A DNA stretch of 59,278 nt, filler included, from Alloascoidea hylecoeti (Eukaryota), in NCBI GenBank assembly GCA_001600815.1. It is 39 parts of 39 records of this genome, joined end to end, with 100 filler letters (N's around TTAATTAATTAA, not from the genome) between each part and the next. Parts side by side here need not be neighbours in the genome. Positions count along the whole stretch, not along the records: positions 34,386 to 35,767 come from BCKZ01000114.1; positions 35,868 to 37,237 come from BCKZ01000115.1; positions 37,338 to 38,697 come from BCKZ01000116.1; positions 38,798 to 40,103 come from BCKZ01000118.1; positions 40,204 to 41,516 come from BCKZ01000119.1; positions 41,617 to 42,914 come from BCKZ01000120.1; positions 43,015 to 44,299 come from BCKZ01000121.1; positions 44,400 to 45,666 come from BCKZ01000122.1; 31 more parts are not named here. One strand, 5' to 3'. The translations under genes and the position numbers were made by a program. Below are positions 34,857 to 48,472 of the stretch, piece after piece (within the stretch, counting starts at the first letter, position 1; each line of letters starts with the position of its first letter). The notes beneath the pieces were generated by a model. It ran no database searches and was not told the DNA's origin. It was given only the letters and a program-made list of their open reading frames with translations.

Positions 34857-35767
34857 TTATTTATTTATATCTTTGGCTAATCTTTTTAAGTTTTGTCTTT
34901 TTATTGGATCCATATGTTCTTTATTTTTTATTCTTTCTAATATATCTTTAAATTTTTTATAACTTATACCCTTTTTAGTTAATAAGGGGTGCTCGTCAAA
35001 ATAACTTAATATTATGGAACAATTTTTTAAGCCATTTATACGTAACTCTCAATTATATTTAAGACTATGTGGAACTACTGAACCTATTAAAGGGATATCT
35101 TCTGATAATTTAGAGATTTCCCCGGAGTCTATAGAAGGGTTTAGAATAGAATAAGCCCCCGTATTAACTGATGGGTTTTTTGGAGAGAACTTCTGTGAAG
35201 AAAATAATAATAATATATGTTCTAACACATGTTTATTTATATCTCATTTTTGAGATAATATAAATCTTACACGATAATTTACATTACTATTAGATAATAT
35301 AGAACAAGAAAAACAACCTTCTGCATCCGTAAAACCCGAGATTCAATTACCTTTTAAACTAGGCAATACACATTTATTTATAGGACTTATAATCTGAAAT
35401 TTATCATTAGCATACTTAATAATATACTCATTATAAGCTATTAAAAATTGTAAAAATCTTTGTTGTCTGGATGGTAATACCATATTTCCATTAAAGATTA
35501 AACATATTAAATATATATCTAATTTTTTTCTTATTGATAATCTATAAACTTTATTCTTTTTAGACTGTAACATTATATTACCCATTTTTAAATTATCTTT
35601 AATATAATTTAATATATTAAGATCTGATTCCGATTGAGTAATTACTACAAAAAATTCATTATTATTAGTTGTAATAAAAGAACCATCTCCTTCTGTAAAA
35701 CCTATGAATCACTCTAAAAATTCTTTATTAGGTATTTTATTATTAGGATAATATTCTTTATATTTTT
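34857..35767 (-). CDS. Double-motif LAGLIDADG homing endonuclease (mitochondrial intron ORF), 5' partial
   Basis: With TGA=Trp: EWFIGFTEGDGSF and NWISGFTDAEGCF; TAA at 34857-34859. Confidence 0.92.
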
Positions 35768-37337
35768 NNNNNNNNNNNNNNNNNNNNNNNNNNNNNNNNN
35801 NNNNNNNNNNNTTAATTAATTAANNNNNNNNNNNNNNNNNNNNNNNNNNNNNNNNNNNNNNNNNNNNTGGAAATTAAGAAAAGAAGGAAAAGAAAAAATG
35901 ATGGAATATCTTGGTGAAGATGGTGATATTTTTTAAAAATCCTATATGTTTATACAGTATTTACATATTTTTAGCCAATATTTGAATTGTTTATGTTACT
36001 AGTTTTATATTTTTAATAGCATTGTTATAATCTTTAACTGGTACGGTTCCACAAACACATGAAAAAAGTTAAGTTGTATATTATATTTTAAGTATCTATA
36101 TATATTTGCAATTTTGCAGTAATAGGATAATCAACACATTTTTGTAAAGCACCAATGACAGACATCGATCACGAAGACTTCATTTAAGCTTGAATTCTTG
36201 GGAAAGTTCATGGATTGATATTTTGAAGAAGAATATAGCTGTAAATTTATTTTATTACATATGTTGAGGCATCACAGACTGTTTATAAAGCTCTTAGTAG
36301 TATTGGACACTAGTGTAGTTGTAACCGTATACCACTTAAAGCTTTAAGAACCCAGTTCGATTCCCGCCCTCTTACAAAATGATTAATCCCGCCCTCCCAA
36401 ATTTCGTCACACAAAAGGACCGAGAGAAGATTTACCTCGAGTTGCTGTTTAAAAATGTGTCCCTCGGCAAAAAACGTGACACCGAAGAAGAAAATGAAAA
36501 GCCAAAGAAAAAATTCAAGGTAGCAAAACAACGACCAATAGCCATCCCACATTCTAAAATGGCTAAAATAGCCTAAAAAAAAAAAAACTAAATAGAAATA
36601 TAATATAATATAATATTAAATATTTTAAATATAAATTATTATGTTATTATTCATACTTCACAAAACATAAATTTTAAAAATAAAATTCCTTTTAACTAAA
36701 CACTCTATTCGACCTTAATCACTATATACCTAAATGATACAATAATACAATAAGCCATCATAATTCCTACAATTCCAAGAAAATTAAACCCGATGTACCA
36801 AAAGTTCATAGAGAGGGGATGTTCAGGGTGTCGCTTTGAATTTGAATCACATATGCCAAAAAAACACAAAGTACCCTGAACCACCATTCAAGGTCGACTT
36901 AAAGGTGCGCACTCGAAGCAAATCATCATGTGAAAAGTAAGCATTTAGATCGTGAGGAAGCAATTTTTTTACTCGTTTTTTTAGAAATATTCGAGTATGG
37001 TTGTGTTGTGTCACTAGTACTAGATAGGTTCATGAAGCCTGTTGATGAATAAACGTAATAGAGAATAGTCTCCTTGACNTTTTCCACCATCATGCGAAGA
37101 TATTGGCCACTTTACTTCTTCAATTTGATACTTCAAATTTTTACAATTAAATCCTGCTGTTTAAGAAAGATATAGATGCTGGATGCTGGATACTGGCCGA
37201 TTCGCGGTGAAAGATGAAAAGAGGGCATTTTTGCACANNNNNNNNNNNNNNNNNNNNNNNNNNNNNNNNNNNNNNNNNNNNTTAATTAATTAANNNNNNN
37301 NNNNNNNNNNNNNNNNNNNNNNNNNNNNNNNNNNNNN

Positions 37338-38697
37338 TTAAACTCAGGAAAGTCTTTAAGCGCTGCTGGTCCAGTTGGAATGGTATTAGGATACATAACA
37401 ATGTCCATAATTGCCTTTTCTATGGCTACGTCTTTAGCCGAAATGAGTTCTTATCTTCCAGTTGAAGGTCATATTATTGATTTTGCAGAAAGATTTGTTG
37501 ATAGATCTCTTGGAATGGCAATGGGATGGACATATACTTTTTCATNTCTTTTGACATTTCCGACCGAAATTACTGCCATGGTGATGCTCATCAGATATTG
37601 GGATAAAGATGTGATTGTTCCGGCTTGGGCTTGGATTCTTATTTTTACTATTTTATTGTTTTTGACAAACATGGTGAATGTTGAAATATACGGCGAAATT
37701 GAATTTTGGTTATCAATAATAAAACTTGTCGTCATAATAATAGTAATACTCATTTGTTTTATTGGTGCGTGTGGTGGTAATAAAGATACCGATCCTATTG
37801 GGTTTAGATATTGGAGAAATCCTGGCCCTTTCAACAATTATTTAACTGATAAACCAGTTGGAAAGTTTTTAGGATACTGGACCGTGATGGTGTCTGCCGG
37901 ATTTGGATATCAAGGTATTGAATTNNNGGCNCTTACTGTAGCAGAGATTCCAAATGCTTCCAAGATTCTTCCTTCTGTCATGNGGAAAGTATTGGCGTGG
38001 ATTCTTACTACAAACGTTGCCTCTGTTTTCTTCTTCTCTTTAGTTNTATCTTCGGAGGATAGTAACTTATTAAAAGCAGTTGAGAGTAATTCGGGAACTG
38101 GTGCACAAAGTCCATTCGTTATTGCAGTTCAAAATGTTGTTGGTGGAAACGTTCTATCGAGTGAGTATCCCTATACCTAAAGAATATTAACAATAGTTTT
38201 AAGAATGAAGCACTAATTATAATACAACCCTTTTTTTTTCTTATTAGGTATTATTAATGCTGTCATATTGATTTCAATTTTCAGTGCCGCCAATGCAATG
38301 ATATATTTACCAACCCGAACATTATTTGCACTCTCCAAACAAAACATGGCTCCAAAATTTCTTTGCTGGACCTCTAAAAAGGGTATACCATACCCTTCAA
38401 TTGCAATTTGTGCTTTATTTGGATTATTAGGGTTATTGACACTAGACTCTACCGCCGAAGAAGTATTTAATTGGTTGGTTAACCTGACGTCAATATTTGG
38501 ATTCTTAGCTTGGCTCACTTTTCAAATATCATTCCTACGATTTTATCAAGCTTTAAAGTATAACAATATAGATAGAAAAGATAAATCAATATTCCATTAT
38601 ACGGCTCCTTTTCAACCCTATCTCGGTTATTTTACGGCATTTTTCTTGGTAATAGTTATTCTTACACAAGGGTTTTATGCATTCATGCCATGGAGTA
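37338..38697 (+). CDS. YAT-family amino acid permease, partial, one intron (38161-38247)
   Basis: SLAEMSSYLP, YGEIEFWLSIIK, IGFRYWRNPGPF. A GTGAGT..CACTAAT..TAG intron joins LSS/IINAVILIS. Confidence 0.9.
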
Positions 38698-38797
38698 NNN
38701 NNNNNNNNNNNNNNNNNNNNNNNNNNNNNNNNNNNNNNNNNTTAATTAATTAANNNNNNNNNNNNNNNNNNNNNNNNNNNNNNNNNNNNNNNNNNNN

Positions 38798-40103
38798 TAA
38801 TTAATACCTTTTTCTTGTGAGAAACCCTTTGCAACTAGTCTTGCTTTGTACAAAGGTTTTGAGTCAAGATTCTTCAGTGCATAAACCCATCTGGAACTAA
38901 CAATTGAAGATTTTGGGACATGTTCATAGGTTTCTTCAAATACTTTATTATCTCTTAAGCTTTGTAATTCCTTGTCCATTGCTTCAATCCATTCTTTTTT
39001 GTGGTCAGATTGGAGTACTTCATTATATATCTTTGGAATAATTTCTGTATTTGATGGCATTAACAAAAATGATTCATCCTCTTCTTCAGTATCAAAATAA
39101 TGTGATAATGACTTATCTAAACCTTTTAGTGAATTTGAAGATTTGTTGTTGGTATTTTTAGCCACATGTAAATATTTAGGCTTTGTGACTAGTTGTCTTT
39201 CCAAAACATTTAGGGGATCATCATCATCACTAGCTTCTTTAATATCAATAACCTTTTGTTTATATGGCAAGAATTCTTGGTCAGTAATGTCTTCAATATG
39301 ATATTCATGGGTAGATTCATTCGAAAGGTCAAGTTTATTATGATTGGACACAGGGATTAGGTGCTTCTTTGGTGTAGAAGTTACCATATCTCTCATAATT
39401 GTATCACCAGAAGAGTCAATAGAAGAATTACCAGATAAATTAATTGCCATTTGTAGGGGTTTCTGAGTTATTGTATCAGTTAATTTGTCATTAAATTTNT
39501 AAGCATTAACAGAAGCATCAATAACATAATCTTTAGGAATGAATTCATTAGGACTAGTGGANCCAGAGGAAATAGAAGTGTTTGAAGCAGCAGGTGAGTT
39601 AATTTCAACATTGGATTCAGAGGTATTGACAGAAGCATCTTTCATTTCAGTATCTTCAAGATCCGATAATACATTAAATGAGTTTCTATTAGCTTGATTA
39701 ATAGAAGTAGTGTTACCAGGAGAAGAGAAAGAGTTATCATAAGTACCAGATGAATTGTTACTCATAGTGTTTCTGTTATGGAAGTCAAAATTATTCTGAG
39801 CATAAGGAAATATATCATTGATTGTTTTGAAAGCAGAAGTAGTTTGAATAGATCCATTTTGTAATAATACTTTCGCAATTTTTGAGGATTTCTCATAACC
39901 AAGGAAAACACCAGTAAAGTTTTGTTGTAAAACTTTATTAGGATATCTGTGTTGATTATATACAAAACAAAGTGATCCGAAAGCGGGGAANGATCTGTGG
40001 TCAATTTGAATTCCACGTAATAGTTCAAATGGAGTGGCATGTTGTTTTGGTCTGGTGATGCTATTATTAATGTAAATGCAGTAATAAAAAGCATAAGTCC
40101 AAA
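38798..40103 (-). mobile_element. Ty1/copia pol fragment, family B (integrase C-terminus, linker, RT start)
   Basis: Open frame WTYAF...TPFELL...FGSLCFV...GVFLGY...WIEAMDKELQSL...SSRWVY...YKARLVAKGFSQEKGIN. Confidence 0.92.
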
Positions 40104-40228
40104 NNNNNNNNNNNNNNNNNNNNNNNNNNNNNNNNNNNNNNNNNNNNTTAATTAATTAANNNNNNNNNNNNNNNNNNNNNNNNNNNNNNNNNNNNNNNNN
40201 NNNGGGGGGGGGTTTATAGTTAATTTAA

Positions 40229-40912
40229 TTATTTTTTATTTCTTCTGTGTAACATTAAAAATAAATCTCTTAATGCTGGTACTCTTCTGAAATTAAATAA
40301 TACTATTAATCCTATTATTGATAATAATAATATTATTCCTATAGCTACTAAAAAACATGCTTGTTCTGTAAATAATATATTACCTAAAGTTGATAAACTT
40401 TTTATTCCTCCTATATCAAATCAACCAAAATTTAGAGTGTCTAAGAGTGTTTCAGTTCCTCCTATATTTAGATCTGACGCTTCACCATTACCAAAAATTA
40501 CATTTCTAAACCCTAAATATACACTATTTTCTTCTGCACTTTCTAATAATCATTTGTCTATATAATACATTTGAACTCCTCCTAATATTACTCCAAAAGG
40601 AACATCATAATTACTATTGGATACCTTTAAGACTGTATATTTTTCATCTAATAAAGATAATACAAATAAAAATAATATTGAGATAGCTCCTACATAGATT
40701 AATATATATAATAAACTCATTACATATAAACCTATAGAATATAAAAACCCACTTACTGATATAAATAATAATATTAAATATATTATTGATACCATTGGAT
40801 CCTTACTTGAGATTAATAATATTCCAAAAACTACACTTAAAACTATAAAGATTTTGACAAACACATTTGAATCTAATATTGAGATTGTTACTAAACTATT
40901 TAAATTAGCCAT
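40229..40912 (-). CDS. nad6: Mitochondrial NADH dehydrogenase subunit 6, complete
   Basis: SKDPMVSIIYLI, YILIYVGAISILFLF. Reads through TGA to LGNILFTE...SIIGLI, TAA at 40229. Confidence 0.93.
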
Positions 40913-41334
40913 ACTTTTTTTATTTTTTCCTTATTCAGGCTTATCTTTTAATTATGTTCACTTACGGTAATGAGGACTTCACTAATAGACTTCCTACAAC
41001 CCTTATTATAAACCACCCTGGATTGGACTGGTACACAAGTTTGATTCATTCCATACCTTTGGATTATAGAGGGGGTTACAAGGATGGATTAATTAATTNG
41101 TAAGTTCTTTTATTTCACTATTTTATATTAATGAAATATTTCATAATTTATTAGTATTTCCAACACACTATTGGTTCCACTACTACTTTTGTTATATTTG
41201 ATTACCTGAGTACTATCATATACCCCTATACGAAGGAGAGGTATAATTAAAGGGATGGATTAATACGGGGATTATAACTTTTAGGACTTAGAATATTTAT
41301 TTATGTTCTTTTTTATATTCATTTTTTTCCCCAC

Positions 41335-41406
41335 AGTCCTTAGCTAGAATTGAACTAGCATCAAAGCATTAACAGTGCTCTGCTTTAACCTTTAAGCTAT
41401 AAAGAC
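41335..41406 (-). tRNA. trnN: Mitochondrial tRNA-Asn (GTT)
   Basis: Cloverleaf GTCTTTA/TAAGGAC, anticodon arm GAGCA-CTGTTAA-TGCTT, T arm GCTAG-TTCAATT-CTAGC. Confidence 0.93.
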
Positions 41407-41999
41407 TTTAGATTGGATTTTATTCTTTTTTAGATATTTACACCTTAAATACACATTTAAAATAGGGCTAAGGTGGGGTTGCCTGGATATAATACATATA
41501 TGTTAAACTTTTTTTTNNNNNNNNNNNNNNNNNNNNNNNNNNNNNNNNNNNNNNNNNNNNTTAATTAATTAANNNNNNNNNNNNNNNNNNNNNNNNNNNN
41601 NNNNNNNNNNNNNNNNTATCTGAGATAATCACATACTTATATAATATCACGAAAACAAGAAAATACCCAAAAACATGTACACTCGTGGAGGTACAATTGG
41701 TGTCACAATGTAGATACCAGTTCCCATTAAGGTTTCACGCAACCATCATGTGTATACTAAACGATTAAATAGTATTTATATATACAGGAATCTCACTCTG
41801 TTGAGAACCATCTTAACATCACAGAACCACGGGAAACCATTCTTAAATTTAATAATCTACTTTATCTACTTCTTGTATCACATTTTGTATTGTAAATTNG
41901 AGCTTAAAGGTTATTTAAAATATAACCGTGACAGAATTATTAAATTTTTGGTGGATTATTGCTATTTTCGAGTTTTATATACATTTTGGAAAAGAATAA

Positions 42000-42914
42000 T
42001 CATCCCAGTTTGTTAAACCATGGGTGACAGAAAATTTAAGGAAGAATAAGCAACAGTAGAACTTATGATGGAATTGTCTGTTTGGTATTTTAAACAGGAA
42101 TTCATTCCTTGCATTGACTCGACCTCTCCTTATATTGGGAAACTCAACCTATTATTATATCACAATATACCGAATTAGATTTCTTGATATATGTGAATCA
42201 TTGCATTATCGTGTTCATGGTTACAGAAATACTACCAGTTAATACTCTAATACTTATTGGGGATCCATTGATTGCAGCTTATGAACTAATATTGATCAGC
42301 TACCAAAGGAGATCCAATATTATTATAAATTATTCTTGAATTATGAGGAATTAAAAAATGGAAGAGCCGTCATCAACTGAATATGATGCATGGTTTAAAT
42401 TAATAGACACAAGCTTAAAGTGAGTCTAGAAAAATCTGTTTTTTCAAAGACAGAATTAGAATTTTTAGGATGGAAGATAAAGGCTGATGGTATCGCTCTA
42501 TCAGAACATCATATTAAGGGAATAAAGGGGTCGAAAACTCTCACCACAATGAAACAGGTTCAACAAATATTAGGAAAATTGGATTATTATAGACAATTTA
42601 TGCCTATGATTAGTTTGCATCAAGTGGAACTTCAAAAATTAGTTAATGTGAGTCAGTTGCCAAATAGTAAGGTTCTTTTAAATCCTTTGGCATTACAGGA
42701 GCCAAAAAGATCCTGTTGTTTCCTTGTTGGATCAATTAAGATTTTGTGCTGGTAGCTTAGACCTTGATCGTCGTAGATGAGGTCTATGGCGATATTCTTT
42801 TCAAAAGTTCTNTTTACACACTGAGTATCGACTGTAATCATGCCTGTATTTTCAATATTGAAGTATGCAATTGTGTTGAAAATAACTTTTGCAATTAGAG
42901 AAATCTCAGAACCT
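42000..42914 (+). pseudogene. Decayed Ty3/gypsy RT fragment (second family)
   Basis: SLEKSVF...LEFLGWKI...VQQILGKLDYYRQFMP at 42420-42620; upstream RT motifs are not intact. Confidence 0.7.
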
Positions 42915-43014
42915 NNNNNNNNNNNNNNNNNNNNNNNNNNNNNNNNNNNNNNNNNNNNTTAATTAATTAANNNNNNNNNNNNNNNNNNNNNNNNNNNNNN
43001 NNNNNNNNNNNNNN

Positions 43015-44299
43015 TTCAAATGCTCATCATCCAACACCAAGTCAAGAGCCAGATATTGTGGTATTCCCATCAAACACCGAAGAAGTGTCCGAGGTAATGA
43101 AAATAGCACATAAATATAGAATCCCAGTTATCCCTTATGGTGGAGGTACAGCATTAGAAGGTCACTTTAATGCAACAAGAAGAGGTATTGTTATTGATTT
43201 GAGGAAAATGGATAAAATATTAGCATTTCATGAAAAAGATTTAGATGTTGTTGTTCAGCCAGCTTTAGGATGGTTAGAATTGAATAAATATTTGTCTCCA
43301 TATAAGTTGTTGTTTGGACCTGATCCTTCTCCAGGAGCCAAAATTGGAGGGATGATTGCAACTTCGTGTTCAGGTACNAATGCATATCGATTTGGGACAA
43401 TGAAAGAGAATGTAATTGGATTAACAGTAGTATTACCAGATGGAACAATAGTCAAAACTAGAAGAAGACCTAAAAAGACATCTGCAGGATATAATTTAAC
43501 AGGATTATTTGTTGGATCAGAAGGAACGTTAGGAGTTATTACTGAAGCTAGTTTGAAACTAGCGGTTAAACCTGAGAATGAAATCGTAATTCTCATCAAC
43601 TTTAAATCAGTTGAAGCCGCTGCAGATACATCGAGTGAGCTCATTCGTACTGGTCTACAACTCAATGCTTTGGAACTTGTTGATGAAGATGTGATGTTCA
43701 CGGTTAATAAAGCAGGAACTTCTTCAAGAATATATCGTGAGGAGCCAACACTTTTAGTTAAAGTCAGTGGACCAAAAGAAACGAAAGATCATTTAATATC
43801 AACAGTTGAAGAAATTTCAATAAAACATAAAGCAACCAATTTTGAATTTGCAACCGAAGAGAAAGAAAAAGATGATCTATGGCAAGCTAGAAAAGTTATG
43901 TTATGGTCAACAATTTTCTATGGGAAAAAATTAGACAAAGATATGCAATGTAGAATTACAGATGTATCTGTTCCAACAAGTCAGCTTGCAAATATTATAA
44001 ATAAATCAAGAAAAGAACTAGAAGAAGTTGGTTTAAAAGCAAGAATTGTCGGTCATGTTGGAGATGGCAATTTTCATTGCTTCGTGCTCTATAAACCTAA
44101 AGATAGTAAAAAGGCAAATGATGTGATCGAAAAATTGGCAAGAATCGCTATTGATCTTGATGGTACTTGCACTGGAGAGCANGGAATTGGTCTTGGTAAA
44201 AGAGATTCTTTAGAATATGAATTGGGATTACCGGCCATTGATTTAATGAGAACCATTAAACATGCAATTGATCCTTTGAATATTATGAATCCTGATAAA
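43015..44299 (+). CDS. DLD1: FAD-linked D-lactate dehydrogenase (cytochrome), partial
   Basis: PYGGGTALEGH, GPDPSPGAKIGGM, RPKKTSAGYNLTGLFVGSEGTLG, GHVGDGNFH, GTCTGE.GIGLGK, DPLNIMNPDK. Confidence 0.88.
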
Positions 44300-44399
44300 N
44301 NNNNNNNNNNNNNNNNNNNNNNNNNNNNNNNNNNNNNNNNNNNTTAATTAATTAANNNNNNNNNNNNNNNNNNNNNNNNNNNNNNNNNNNNNNNNNNNN

Positions 44400-45666
44400 A
44401 GTAACTTTATTAAAGATTTGATAAAGAATAAAAATGAAGAATTAAAAGAAATTAATTCTACAATTTGGGAAAATCCTGAAGTTAGTTGGGAAGAAACAAA
44501 AGCTCATGATTTTTTGACAAATTATATGGAATCACAACCTGATTGGAAGGTTATTAAATCAGCTTGTGGTATTAAAACTGCTTTCATAGCCGAGTATAAA
44601 GTTGAAGGAGAATCAAAAACGGTAGTTTCTTTTAATGCTGAATTTGGTATGTTGTCTTATTAGGATATACACGGATTTATTTGTATTATCAGTTTTGTCT
44701 AATATTTTTCTACGGATGTTGAATAGATGCTCTTCCTGAAATCGGACATGCCTGTGGCCATAATCTTATCGCTACTTGTGGTGTTGTAGCTGCTATTTCA
44801 ACAGCATTATCAATGAAAAAATATAACATTCCCGGAACTGTTAAATTATTTGGCACACCAGCAGAAGAGTTAGGTGGAGGTAAAACAAAATTACTTAAAG
44901 CTGGTGCTTATGACAATGTTGATGTCTCGTTAATGGCCCATGGTATGNATGNANATCCAGNNNCTTTNNNTCNTACAACTGCCTTAACAAATATCACAGT
45001 TGAATACTTTGGTAAAGAAGCACACGCGGCTGCGTTTCCACAACTTGGAGTTAATGCTTTAGATGCAATAGTAATTGCTTATAATGCCATTGGAGTATTA
45101 AGACAACAGTTTACCCCAGGTGATATCGTCCATGGATTTATTGAGAATGGCGGGGTAGCTGCAAATGTCATATCACCATATGTAAAAGGAGTATTTGGAA
45201 TTCGAGCTCCATCTAGAGTAAGACTCGAGGCACTTAAAACTAAAGCAATGAATTGTTTCAAAGCTGGTTCAATTGCAACGGGATGTGAATTAAAAATTAC
45301 TGAAAATTATGAATACCTAGACCTTGTATCGAATAAAAGAATGGCCGAAGTATATAGGAACCATATGAATAATTCATTTGGATATAGTATCCCACCACCT
45401 GAAGTTGAATTGCAATCACCTACGAATACTAGTGGAGCAAGTACAGATCAAGGCAATCTTTCTTGGGCTTTACCTGCTATTCATCCACTTTTTCATGTCC
45501 CATGTGAAGAAGGCCCCCATAATAAGAAATTTAAAGATGCTGCTGGTACCCAGGAAGCACATGATTCAGCAATTCGAACAGGTGTTGGTTTAGCGTTAAC
45601 TGCTTTAGATTTGTTACAAGATGAAAAGTTGGTAAAAGAAATTAAGACGGAGTGGAAAAATACGAT
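44400..45666 (+). CDS. M20-family amidohydrolase (PM20D2/ACY1L2-like), partial, intron 44647-44726
   Basis: NAEF|DALPEIGHACGHNLI after splicing GTATGT..TAG; GTPAEELGGGK, AHAAAFP.LGVNALDA, STDQGNLS. Confidence 0.9.
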
Positions 45667-45967
45667 NNNNNNNNNNNNNNNNNNNNNNNNNNNNNNNNNN
45701 NNNNNNNNNNTTAATTAATTAANNNNNNNNNNNNNNNNNNNNNNNNNNNNNNNNNNNNNNNNNNNNAAAAAAAATTGTTTAATATTTCATAGTAAAAAGT
45801 ATAATAAAGTTAAATTTTAGGTATAAACAAAATAATATGCCAATTAAGTAATAAAACCCACTAATATAAATACTACCCCCGTAGTGTAGTAAAAAAAGAA
45901 ATTTATAAAAATAAATAATTAAATAATAATTTCAATTAAATAATTGTAGTTCTTATAATTAAGACAA

Positions 45968-46996
45968 ATGATAATAAGTATAGTTGAAACATTAATATTT
46001 TTATTATGTATAGTATTAAGTGTAGCTTATTTAACAGTAGGAGAAAGGAAGACTTTAGGGTATACACAGAGAAGATTAGGGCCTAATTCAGTAGGATATT
46101 ATGGTTCCTTAATGTGTTTTGCAGATGCCTTAAAATTATTAATAAAAGAGATAGTTATACCAATGGAAGCTAATCTTTTAGTTATAATCTTAAGTCCTAT
46201 GATAACATTAGCATCTGCTTTTTTAGGTTGAGGAGTAATGCCATTTGGTCCCTCAATAGTAATAGGAGATATAAGTAATGGATTATTATATTATCTAGCA
46301 ATAGGAAGTGTGGGAATCTTTGGAGTATTATTAGCAGGTTGATCCTCAAATTCTAAATATTCATTAATAGGAAGTATAAGATCCACAGCACAGTTAATAA
46401 GTTATGAGTTAGTAATTACAACAATAGTAATAATCTGTATAATGTTTGTAAGTAATTTAAATATGACATCTTTTGTAGAATCACAAAGAGGAGTGTGATA
46501 TTTTATTCCTTTATTACCATTATTTATATTATTTTATATAGCTTCTGTAGCTGAAACAAATAGACCACCATTTGATAATGTAGAAGCAGAATCCGAATTA
46601 GTATCAGGTTATTTTACAGAATATTCAGGAGCTCCTTTCGTGTTTTTCTATTTAGCAGAATATTCAAATATAATGTTAATCTGTGTTTTAAATGTAATAT
46701 TATTTATAGGTGGTTATTTAAGTATACATATAATAAGTGAAATATTATCTAATGATTTATTATATAAATCTATATTATTATCTTCATTAGAAGGTGCTAC
46801 ATATGGAATTAGTTTATCTATAAAAACTATAATATTAATGTTTACATTTATTTGAGTAAGATCTTCTTTCCCTAGATTAAGATATGATTTATTAATCAAT
46901 TTTTGTTGATTAGTTATTTTACCTTTAGTCTTTTCTTTAGTTATAATAATTCCTAGTGTTTTATTTTTATTTAATTCTTTACCTACTATCGATTAA
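45968..46996 (+). CDS. nad1: Mitochondrial NADH dehydrogenase subunit 1, complete, intron-less
   Basis: [59 protein letters not shown]. Confidence 0.97.
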
Positions 46997-47127
46997 GTAT
47001 ACTACGCTGAGTATCTTACCCCCCCCCNNNNNNNNNNNNNNNNNNNNNNNNNNNNNNNNNNNNNNNNNNNNTTAATTAATTAANNNNNNNNNNNNNNNNN
47101 NNNNNNNNNNNNNNNNNNNNNNNNNNN

Positions 47128-48372
47128 ATAGTCCTTTTAACTCAGATACTCAATGCTTAACTCTCACTCAAGTTAGGTGAAATGTTCAATCAAACAAGGC
47201 TAGTCAATCAAAAATATATGTTTTCTTGATCTTTTCTAGTAAACAAGGGGGATAGTTAGTTTATTAAAAGAATTTATCATTAGCTACTATCCCCGAACTT
47301 ACTACCAAAGCATTGGCGTTTGAAGCAGCAGCACGAAAATAATTAGAAGGGATATTAATATTAATATTGATCTCTCTATGTATGATTCTCTTAATTCGCA
47401 TCGTCATTCTTACTTGAGATTTCACTTTCTCGATCATGGCTCACCTCATTAAAACTATAGACTCTTAGAATTATATATTATAGTAATCATAATTTTTCAG
47501 AGTATTATTGATTAAATTTAAAACTTATGCTTTCTCAGACTCCACTCCACTCCAAAAAAAAAAAGGCAAGACGACAGCCAGCTACTGAATACTCTAAAAG
47601 ACATTAAAATATTCTTAAAATCGTCCATAATATTTTTTATGAACGTTTATGCTGTGTTCAATATTAATTGGATTCAGGTCTGGTGAAAAAGAAAGCCACT
47701 ACAGCACCTCTATCTCCTTGTCACAAGACCAATTCATCGTCATCCCCACTTTATAGATAGGAAGGCAAGCACTGGAGCCATAACCCTGAAAAATATTCAA
47801 TTGGACTGTATAAATAGCTGGAATCTATCCTTTTAATCCCCAAAAGGTATTTTTAAAGAGAGAAGTATATGAGGATTTACCTGAAAGATTTAAATCCATC
47901 AAGTTTTTAAAAGAAACTTACGCAGCATGGTTAGAAAAGTCCAAAATCTTTTGTAAAAATATCTGATGCTGATTTATGCAAATTTCTTCAAGTATGCAAG
48001 AGACTTTATTAGCTCATCTGCATATTTTCACAGTGCTCGCATTTATCTCTAAAAAGAAGTACAATATTACTCTTAACAGGGATTCTTTAAACAATATTCT
48101 AAATTGATACATATATGAGGTTATATGTACAGTATGTCACAATTTTTTGCGGTCTTGTCGTGTTACTGCCTCAAACACCAATGTTTTGGCAATAAGTTCT
48201 GGGATAGTAACTGTTGATAAAATCGATCATTCTTTTAATAAACTAACTATCCCCCTTGTTTACTAGAAAAGATCAAGAACATATATTTTTGATTGACTAG
48301 CCTTGTTTGATTGAACATTTCACCTAACTTGAGTGAGAGTTAAGCATTGAGTATCTGAGTTAAAAGGACTAT
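47128..48372 (-). mobile_element. Reverse-complement duplicate of the Tc1-like element 31558-32802
   Basis: Same 1245 bp, inverted. Confidence 0.88.
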
Positions 48373-48472
48373 NNNNNNNNNNNNNNNNNNNNNNNNNNNN
48401 NNNNNNNNNNNNNNNNTTAATTAATTAANNNNNNNNNNNNNNNNNNNNNNNNNNNNNNNNNNNNNNNNNNNN

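Noticed and set aside
40930..41330. Possible mitochondrial rnpB between nad6 and trnN
   Set aside because: Only a partial GGAAGTC and a GCTTAT on opposite strands; the P4 motifs are not found in the right order.
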